Assembly (NCBI GenBank): GCA_017509785.1
Contig: JAFWOT010000025.1
Coordinates: 60,394-124,393 of the forward strand
Direction: 5' to 3'
DNA: 64,000 nucleotides
Origin: Clostridia bacterium
Lineage (GTDB): Bacteria; Bacillota; Clostridia; Christensenellales; CAG-138
In this document: positions 57,579 to 64,000 of the stretch, one piece after another
How positions within the stretch are numbered: the stretch's first letter is position 1
How the letters are laid out: each line of letters begins with the position of its first letter
The notes under the pieces: model-generated
The model's input: only the letters and a program-made list of their open reading frames with translations
Databases searched by the model: none
Told to the model about the DNA's origin: nothing
Made by a program: the position numbers and the translations under genes

Positions 57579-59882
57579 TTGGAGATAAACAAGCTTAACG
57601 TGTTTAATAAGGGCAAAAACGCGATGGATGTTGCCGCCGGGCTTATCGTCAGCCTGCGATACGTCATATTCGCGCTGTTTGCCGTCGCGTGCGTCTACTG
57701 CGCCATGTCGATGGGAAAGGTCAGGATCAACAGCGATCTGACCGCCTTCCTCCCCGACAGGGCGGAAACGCGCAGGGGCCTCACCGTTATGGAGGAGGAA
57801 TTCGTGACCTACGGCACGGCTCAGATCATGGTTTCAAACGTTACGTACGAGCGCGCGGAGGCGCTGGCGGAGGCGATAGCCGACGTCGATCACGTGACCG
57901 GCGTGACTTTTGACGATACGAAGGCGCATTACAAAAATGCCGCCGCGCTGTTCGTTGTCTCATTCGACGGGCAGGACGACGACCCCGCGCTCAGCGAATC
58001 GATGGACGAGATAAAAGCGATCGTTGCCCCGTATGACAATGCCGTGATGACGCAGGTCGGAAGCGATTATTCGGCAAAGCTCGCCGAGGAGATAACGGGC
58101 GTGCTGCTCATTGCCGCGATAGTCATATTCGCGGTGCTGCTCTTCACGTCGAGGAGCTATTTCGAGGTCGTCATATTCGCCGTCGTTTTCGTCGTCGCGG
58201 CGCTTCTCAATATGGGTACGAATTTCTGGCTGGGCGAGATATCCTCGATCACCAACTCAATAGCCGTTATACTTCAGCTTGCGCTTGCGATAGACTACGC
58301 CATCATATTCGCCCACCGCTATCAGGACGAGGCCGCCGCGGGCCCCACGGAAAAGGACGCGCTCATTCGGGCGCTCTCCAAGTCCATAGTGGAGATATCA
58401 TCCTCGAGCCTGACCACGGTCTCGGGCCTCATCGCGCTGACGCTCATGCAGTTCCGCATGGGCTATGACCTCGGCATTGTGCTTTCAAAGGGCATAATCT
58501 GCAGCATGCTGACGGTATTCCTGCTGATGCCGGGGCTCATATTGCTGTTCCCCCGCGCAATGAAGAGGACGGAGCATCGCTCGTTCGTCCCCGATATCAC
58601 CGGCTGGGGCAGGTTTCTCATGAAGCGCGGCTGGCTGTTCCTCGTGATATTCGCGCTGATACTGCCGTTTGCGGTTGTGTTTTCAAGCAAGGCGGAATAC
58701 GCCTTTTCGGACAGTGCGGTATCGGAGCTTATCCCATCCGAGAGCAGGATGCAGATGCATAAGATAATCGACAGCTTTGACCCGAGCACCACGGTTGCCG
58801 TTCTCGTTCCGACAGGAGATTACGAAAAGGAGAAGGCGATCCTGCGCGAGGCCGAGGCTCTGCCCGAGATAAAGAGCGCGGTCGGCCTTGCGAATATCGA
58901 GGTGAAGGACGGCGCCTGCCTGACCGACGGTTTCACCCCTCGGATGCTTTCGGAGCTGCTCGATATCGAGATCGAGGAGGCAAGACTGCTGTTCAGGCTT
59001 TACGGTGTGGAGAACAAGCAGTACGGCGCGGTGCTCGATACATCCGGCTCCTACAGGGTACCGCTCGTCGACATGCTCCTCTACCTCTTTGAAAAGACGG
59101 ATCAGGGGCTTGTGCCGTTGGATGAGGAGCAGGCCGGGAGGATAGCCGATCTTCGCGGGGAGCTTGAACGCGGCGTCGCGCAGCTTCGGGGCGAGAATTA
59201 CGACAGGCTCGTGCTGACGGCTTCCGTCCCCACGGAGGGCGAGGAAAGCGTCGCCCTCGTTGAAAAGGTGCGGGAAATGGCGGAACGGCGCTGCGGCGAG
59301 GGCAGCGTGCTCGTCCTCGGCGAGATAACGAGCGCGAGGGACCTGCGTGATTCATACAAGAGCGACTCGGTGCTTATAAACGTGCTGACGATCGTATTCG
59401 TCTTTGTGATACTGCTCTTCACATTTAAGAGCCCGGTCGCCGCGGCGGTGCTCGTTTTCGTGATACAGGGCTCGATATTCATAAACTTCTCGTTCCAGTA
59501 CGTCACGAACACGACGAGCCTTTTCGTCACCAACATGATAGTTTCCGCCATCCAGATGGGCGCGACGATAGATTATGCGATAGTAATAATGAACCGCTAC
59601 CTCGCCTTGAGGAAGCAGATGCCGAAGAAGGAAGCCATGGCGCACGCGGTGAATGAGAGCTTCCCGACGGTCGTGACCTCCGGCGCGATAATGACGGTCG
59701 CGGGGCTCGTTATCGCATTCCGCGTGACGGATGTGTATATCGGCCATATCGGGCTTGCCGTCGGGCGCGGGGCGCTGATATCCGTCATACTTGTGCTGAC
59801 GGTGCTGCCGCAGCTTATAGTGCTTTTTGATAAGGCGATAGAAAAGACCACTTTCAGGATAGGCGGAAAGGAGGCGGAGTGA
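57579..59882 (+). CDS. MMPL/RND-superfamily membrane transporter
   Basis: Two blocks of about 6 TM helices, each preceded by a large loop. TTG start at 57579 lies 7 nt after GGAGG; the alternative is ATG at 57624. Confidence 0.85.
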   Translation: MEINKLNVFNKGKNAMDVAAGLIVSLRYVIFALFAVACVYCAMSMGKVRINSDLTAFLPDRAETRRGLTVMEEEFVTYGTAQIMVSNVTYERAEALAEAIADVDHVTGVTFDDTKAHYKNAAALFVVSFDGQDDDPALSESMDEIKAIVAPYDNAVMTQVGSDYSAKLAEEITGVLLIAAIVIFAVLLFTSRSYFEVVIFAVVFVVAALLNMGTNFWLGEISSITNSIAVILQLALAIDYAIIFAHRYQDEAAAGPTEKDALIRALSKSIVEISSSSLTTVSGLIALTLMQFRMGYDLGIVLSKGIICSMLTVFLLMPGLILLFPRAMKRTEHRSFVPDITGWGRFLMKRGWLFLVIFALILPFAVVFSSKAEYAFSDSAVSELIPSESRMQMHKIIDSFDPSTTVAVLVPTGDYEKEKAILREAEALPEIKSAVGLANIEVKDGACLTDGFTPRMLSELLDIEIEEARLLFRLYGVENKQYGAVLDTSGSYRVPLVDMLLYLFEKTDQGLVPLDEEQAGRIADLRGELERGVAQLRGENYDRLVLTASVPTEGEESVALVEKVREMAERRCGEGSVLVLGEITSARDLRDSYKSDSVLINVLTIVFVFVILLFTFKSPVAAAVLVFVIQGSIFINFSFQYVTNTTSLFVTNMIVSAIQMGATIDYAIVIMNRYLALRKQMPKKEAMAHAVNESFPTVVTSGAIMTVAGLVIAFRVTDVYIGHIGLAVGRGALISVILVLTVLPQLIVLFDKAIEKTTFRIGGKEAE

Positions 59883-59884
59883 AT

Positions 59885-62800
59885 ATGAAAAACGTAAGGA
59901 ACGGCCTCGCGGCGCTGCTCGCGCTGCTTCTGATAACGGGTCTCATGCCCGCTGCCTCCGCATCGGGGAGGATCGTCAGGATACGTACAGCGGATGAACT
60001 CATAAGCCTGAGTGATGACTGCGTGCTCGATTCCCATTCCAAGGGGCTGACGGTCATCCTCGAAAACGATATCGACCTGAGCGGCTCCGGCTTTAAGCCC
60101 ATACCCGTTTTCGGAGGCATATTCGAGGGCGGCGGGCACACGATCTCCGGGCTCGGGATCGGAGGAAGGCTCGGCTCGGCCGGCTTCATCCGCACGGTGC
60201 TTGCGGGGGCTGTGATAAAGGATCTCAGCGTCTCCGGCAGCGTCGCGCCGACGGACGAGGCTTCATCGGTCGGCGGGATCGCCGCCGTGAACCAAGGCAC
60301 GATCTCCGGCTGCTCGTTTGAAGGCGAAGTCTCCTGCCGCGTTTGCGTCGGAGGGATCGCGGGCGTCAACACCGAGGAGGGCATAATAGAAAACTGCGCC
60401 TCGGCGGGCAGCATAGAGGGCGAGCACAGCGTCGGCGGAGTCTGCGGGGATAACCGCGGCGTTATACGCTACTGCACGAATAGGGCGATAATAAACGCGG
60501 AGATAACCGAGACCCGGACGGGCGTTGAGATAGACCCCGACGAGCTGCTTTCAAGGCTCTCGGAGTTCCGCCTTACCGCCGAGGAGCTTGTGGACATAAC
60601 CGACATCGGCGGCGTGGCGGGCGTCTGCTCCGGCGTGCTGCGGGACTGCAAAAACCTCGGCTCCGTCGGGCACGTGAACATCGGCTACAACGTCGGCGGC
60701 GTCGCAGGAAGGCTTTCGGGGCGCATGGCGGGCTGTGAAAACCTCGGCTCTGTGAACGGCCGAAAGGACGTCGGCGGCATAGTCGGGCAGATAGATCCGT
60801 ACACCGAATGGAGCGTTTCGAACGAAAAGCTGAATACGCTCCGCGAAAAGCTTTCCGCGCTGCGGAACTCGACAGATTTGCTCACGGAGGAGATAGGCGG
60901 AACGGGAGAAAGGCTCTCCGCGGATCTGAACGAGCTGATCTACTCGCTCAATGAAGCCAATTCCGCTCTCGATATCCTTTCGGGCGACGCGGTGAGCTTC
61001 GTGAACGGCAACGTGGAAACGCTGAACCTGCTCGCCGAAAGGGTAACGGAGACTCTGCGTCTGCTCTCTCCCGTGCTTGAAGAACTCTCGGGATTTACCG
61101 GAGAACTGCCGGAGATCTTCGATGATCTGACCGAAGCCGTCGATTCGCTTGCCGAGGCGGGCGATATCACGGGCGCGGTCTTTGACGAAGCTTCGGAAGA
61201 TATAGCCGGGATACGGGCGGAAGCCGAAAGCATAACAGAGGGGCTTTCTTCCGTTCTTGCCGAGCTCGAGGCGTTTGCCGCCGATCCGGAATCAGTGGAT
61301 GTTTCCGTTATCGTAAGCGATATCGCGGCCTTCACCGCTGAGGCAAGGGAGGGGCTCGGCAGGATACGCGCCCTTGCCGCTCATATCGGTTCGCTTCTGC
61401 CGGAGCTTTCCGAGGCAGGCGGGCCGCTTTCCTCCGCGATGAATGCTCTGAGCGAGGCGTTGAGCGCCGCTTCCTCCGCTTCCGAGTCGCTGGACCGCGC
61501 CGAGCGTCTCCTGGCGGAAACCGTCGATACTCTCTCCCGATACGACGCGCTCACCTTCACCCCAATAAACGAGGATACCGATGCCCGCAAACGGTTTTTC
61601 TCCTCCATAGGGGATGCGTACGGTGCGATGATGAAGCTCTCTGCAGGCGTGGGCGAGAGCGGGCTTAAAGCGAAAATCGAAGACGTTTCGGACAAATTAT
61701 TCGATCTGACGGAGTTTATGATCGATTCGCTTGAGGGCGTGAGGCTCGAGCCGGGCAGCCTGATAGATGACGACCCCAACGGCGAATGGACGGGGAACGG
61801 CGCCATCAGCTCCTGCAAAAACGGCGGTCCCGTTTCCGGGCAGACGAACGTCGGCGGCGCGGCCGGCGCGGTCACGCTCGATTTCGAATTCGACCTTGAG
61901 GATCAGTTCCGCCTTTCGTCGCTGCTTTCCGGCGGCGCAAGGTACGTGGTGCATTCCGCCGTCACGGACTGTGAAAACAGCGGCGTGATAACCGCGCGTG
62001 GAAACTGCGCGGGAGGCGTCGTCGGCAGGATGGACTTCGGCACGGTGATGGGCAGCAGCTCCTCCGGCAGCATCTCGGCCTCATCATGCGCGGGCGGCGT
62101 CGCCGGCAAATGCGCTGGGACCGTTTCGGGCTGCATGACCCGCGTTCGCGTTGAAGCGGAAAGCTATGAGGGCGGCGTCGCGGGATACTCCCGCAATATA
62201 AACGATTGCTTCACGATACCGGAGCTTTGCGGGGACGCAAGCTTTAAGGGCGCCGTCTCGGGCTTTTCCGAGGGGAACGCGGCAAACTGCTTCTATGCGG
62301 ACTGCGCCGTTGGCGGCGTGGACGGGGCAAGCTATGAAGGCTGCGCCGAGAGGATCGGCTATGAGGAGCTGCTGCGAAGGAGCGGCAATACGGAGCTCTT
62401 CGGAAGCGTCGCCGTCTCATTCGTCAAGGACGGCGAAACATTCGCCGAGGTCACGCTTCCCTACGGAGGAAGCCTCGAAGAGCTGCCCGAGGTCGCCGAC
62501 AGCGACGGACGGCATTGGAAATGGTCGGCGGGGAGCACGGACGGGATCATCACCGATCGGATCGTAGAAGGCGCTTATTTCAGCCCCGTGTACGTTCTTG
62601 CGACCGGGGAGGATATGCCCGAATGCCTCGTTGAAGGGATCTTCGACGAAAGCCAAACGCTTGAGCTCGGGGAGTTCTCCCCCGCCTACGGCGCATCGAC
62701 GGTCGATCCGGATCGCATAATGAGCTCGGGCACCGTCCGAGTCGACGGCTGTTACGACTCGCTTTCGGTGCATCTGCGCGCCGAAAAGGGCGGGGTGCTC

Positions 62801-63022
62801 TACACCGAAGGGGCGGACGGAAGGCTTGCGGAAACCGGTTACACGGTCGATGGAAGCTATATCGTATTCCCCCTGACGAGCGGCAGGGGCTTCATCTACG
62901 CTGAAGCCGGAGCACAGCTGCTGCCCCTTGTCATAGGATGCGTCTGCGCCGCCGCTGCCTTGGGGCTTGCGGTGACGTTCATCGTCAGGCACAACAAGCG
63001 AAGGAAGAATACAAGGCCGTAA
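59885..63022 (+). CDS. Large surface protein with GLUG-type repeats, central helical region and C-terminal TM anchor
   Basis: ATG at 59885 after AAGGAGG, 2 nt after the MMPL stop, with a signal peptide. At least 10 (V/A)GG(I/V)AG...C repeats in two blocks. A roughly 280-aa Ala/Leu/Glu-rich helical segment. The tail LLPLVIGCVCAAAALGLAVTFIV plus RHNKRRKNTRP. Confidence 0.75.
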   Translation: MKNVRNGLAALLALLLITGLMPAASASGRIVRIRTADELISLSDDCVLDSHSKGLTVILENDIDLSGSGFKPIPVFGGIFEGGGHTISGLGIGGRLGSAGFIRTVLAGAVIKDLSVSGSVAPTDEASSVGGIAAVNQGTISGCSFEGEVSCRVCVGGIAGVNTEEGIIENCASAGSIEGEHSVGGVCGDNRGVIRYCTNRAIINAEITETRTGVEIDPDELLSRLSEFRLTAEELVDITDIGGVAGVCSGVLRDCKNLGSVGHVNIGYNVGGVAGRLSGRMAGCENLGSVNGRKDVGGIVGQIDPYTEWSVSNEKLNTLREKLSALRNSTDLLTEEIGGTGERLSADLNELIYSLNEANSALDILSGDAVSFVNGNVETLNLLAERVTETLRLLSPVLEELSGFTGELPEIFDDLTEAVDSLAEAGDITGAVFDEASEDIAGIRAEAESITEGLSSVLAELEAFAADPESVDVSVIVSDIAAFTAEAREGLGRIRALAAHIGSLLPELSEAGGPLSSAMNALSEALSAASSASESLDRAERLLAETVDTLSRYDALTFTPINEDTDARKRFFSSIGDAYGAMMKLSAGVGESGLKAKIEDVSDKLFDLTEFMIDSLEGVRLEPGSLIDDDPNGEWTGNGAISSCKNGGPVSGQTNVGGAAGAVTLDFEFDLEDQFRLSSLLSGGARYVVHSAVTDCENSGVITARGNCAGGVVGRMDFGTVMGSSSSGSISASSCAGGVAGKCAGTVSGCMTRVRVEAESYEGGVAGYSRNINDCFTIPELCGDASFKGAVSGFSEGNAANCFYADCAVGGVDGASYEGCAERIGYEELLRRSGNTELFGSVAVSFVKDGETFAEVTLPYGGSLEELPEVADSDGRHWKWSAGSTDGIITDRIVEGAYFSPVYVLATGEDMPECLVEGIFDESQTLELGEFSPAYGASTVDPDRIMSSGTVRVDGCYDSLSVHLRAEKGGVLYTEGADGRLAETGYTVDGSYIVFPLTSGRGFIYAEAGAQLLPLVIGCVCAAAALGLAVTFIVRHNKRRKNTRP

Positions 63023-63044
63023 ATACATACCGCCTCTGCCGGAA

Positions 63045-63069
63045 AAAGCCAAGCCTTTGGCTTTTTCTT
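63045..63069 (+). terminator. Intrinsic terminator after the GLUG gene
   Basis: AAAGCCAA-gcct-TTGGCTTT followed by TTCTT. Confidence 0.75.
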
Positions 63070-63084
63070 AACGAAAACGACACG

Positions 63085-63385
63085 CCCGGTTCTCCTCCCC
63101 GCGGCGGCGCATGACGCTATCCGCCGCGGCGAAATCAACGGCCAATGCCATTGGTGAGATCCTCGGACTTCGTCCTCGGGTGAAATGAAATCCGTCCCGC
63201 ACCCCGCGAAGCGATTTCACCCACCGAAGGTAGATTTCACCCGTCCGAAAGGACGGATCTCGTTGAAAAAAGCGCTTTTGTCCGGTAGATAAAAAGCGCT
63301 TTTTTCATGGTGGAAGCGAGGGGAGTCTTTTCCCGCGGCGGCGCATCCGCTTTCCGCCCTTTCGGGGTTCTCCTCCCCTCGCCCC
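63085..63385. repeat. Repeat-dense non-coding stretch (short direct and inverted repeats)
   Basis: GGTTCTCCTCCCC at 63088 and 63366. CCGCGGCGGCGCAT at 63099 and 63333. GATTTCACCC at 63213 and 63233, with its complement at 63178. AAAAGCGCTTTT twice. GCGAGGGGAG paired with CTCCCCTCGC. Confidence 0.6.
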
Positions 63386-63400
63386 GCCTATTATAAAAGA

Positions 63401-63446
63401 GGCTGTTGCCTGCAATCTTCGTGCATTTGCAACAGCCCCTTTTTCA
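63401..63446 (+). terminator. Possible terminator/boundary hairpin
   Basis: GGCTGTTGC...GCAACAGCC (19-nt loop) followed by CCTTTTTC. Confidence 0.4.
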
Positions 63447-63552
63447 TGTATCGTCATCCGAACATGGATACCTGCACCCATTCAAACGATAGGTGCATTT
63501 CGGGTGTGTAATTGCACCCGGTTGCACCCGTTTTGTGTATTTCAAAAAAGAC

Positions 63553-63583
63553 TTGACTTTTGTGCATTTCAGAGTGATAGATA
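63553..63583 (+). promoter_or_regulatory. Possible promoter of the XRE gene
   Basis: TTGACT (63553-63558) and TGaTAGATA (extended -10-like) at a 19-nt spacing. Embedded among GTGCATTT / TGCACCC repeats. Confidence 0.3.
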
Positions 63584-63611
63584 GCACAACCGCAAGGAGG
63601 TGCTGTGTATC

Positions 63612-63839
63612 ATGGGAAAAGTGTACAAAACAAATCAAGAGGGGCAGATCATAAGGGAACGCCGCATTGAACTGGGGCTGACCCAGGAGCAGGCGGCGAT
63701 GGAGCTTGGTATAAGCCTGCAGCAGTATCAGCGATATGAATACGGGGAGCGCAAGTTCTCAAACTGCCCCATGCGGATAGGGCTCAGGATATGCGCGCTC
63801 CTTGAACTTGATCCATTCGAGATTATAGAATCGGAGTAA
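63612..63839 (+). CDS. Small XRE-family HTH protein (Cro/CI-like)
   Basis: 75 aa. IRERRIELGLTQEQAAMELGISLQQYQRYEYG. Sits in a low-GC context. Confidence 0.8.
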   Translation: MGKVYKTNQEGQIIRERRIELGLTQEQAAMELGISLQQYQRYEYGERKFSNCPMRIGLRICALLELDPFEIIESE

Positions 63840-63872
63840 GATGAGAAAAACGCAGGCATCTTATGCTCTTGT

Positions 63873-64000
63873 TTAGTTGTTTAGCCACTCATCTGTTCCA
63901 GGATCAACAAGCCCGTCCAATGCTTTGCATATTTTTTTGATAGTATCATTATCTGTTATGCATACCGCAGGGTGTTCATTCTTTTTAATGATTTTTACCT
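63873..64000 (-). CDS. Hypothetical protein, C-terminal fragment (5' end outside window)
   Basis: The minus-strand frame is open to the window edge and ends ...KALDGLVDPGTDEWLNN then stop (TAA complement at 63873-63875). Low GC. Only 42 codons are visible. Confidence 0.3.
   Translation of the reverse strand, partial: VKIIKKNEHPAVCITDNDTIKKICKALDGLVDPGTDEWLNN

Noticed and set aside
63308-63327. TGGTGGAAGCGAGGGGAGTC resembles the complement of a tRNA 3' end (T-arm, acceptor stem, CCA). This hints at a tRNA gene or an att-site remnant.
   Set aside because: No matching 5' acceptor strand, anticodon arm or D-arm can be found upstream on the minus strand. The GCGAGGGGAG part instead pairs with CTCCCCTCGC at 63373-63382. 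It is kept only as a possible att-like scar in the junction finding.
63444-63638. 64-aa minus-strand ORF overlapping the XRE promoter region.
   Set aside because: It has no RBS. It overlaps the operator-like repeats and the start of the XRE gene. Its composition is Cys/His/Thr-rich and implausible.

Overview
High-GC, Clostridia-like chromosomal segment. The lineage guess rests on a dockerin module, SpoIIE-type PP2C phosphatases, PadR/DUF2812 pairs and PT-rich lipoprotein linkers. It is densely coding on both strands with about 60 protein genes. I saw no rRNA gene, intact tRNA gene or CRISPR array. All family calls come from reading motifs in the supplied translations; no searches were run.

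Landmarks, in order:
- CobQ-like 3' fragment, XRE membrane regulator, CapA lipoprotein, C69 dipeptidase
- Candidate sRNA, then RHH protein and clpB
- HdeD-like protein, trxB, Cys-rich small protein; NUDIX and murI
- Complete citrate lyase cluster citD-E-F-C-(TPR)-citXG
- Lipoproteins, SBP, LOG, USP-like protein
- Macro-domain protein coupled to a CHAP-PGbinding-dockerin protein
- GT4 and acyltransferase; ArsR; PadR with two DUF2812 genes; EamA
- TetM/EF-G-like GTPase fused to a Rae1/YacP NYN nuclease, overlapping ylmH
- PstS-like SBP and two paralogous lipoproteins; a low-GC orphan gene
- Acyl-CoA ligase; DUF2325 and HMA; metallophosphatase
- Eight-gene sigma-less partner-switching-like operon: two sensor PP2Cs, STAS, an unknown protein, a VanX-like dipeptidase, a STAS-kinase-HATPase triple fusion, an HD (p)ppGpp-hydrolase-like protein and a small protein
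- PepSY; OmpR/HK pair; beta-helix lipoprotein; HtrA
- IS fragment; TetR-MMPL-GLUG operon
- Repeat-dense junction into a low-GC region with an XRE gene

The most interesting items are the GTPase-Rae1 fusion with ylmH and the partner-switching operon with its triple-fusion protein.
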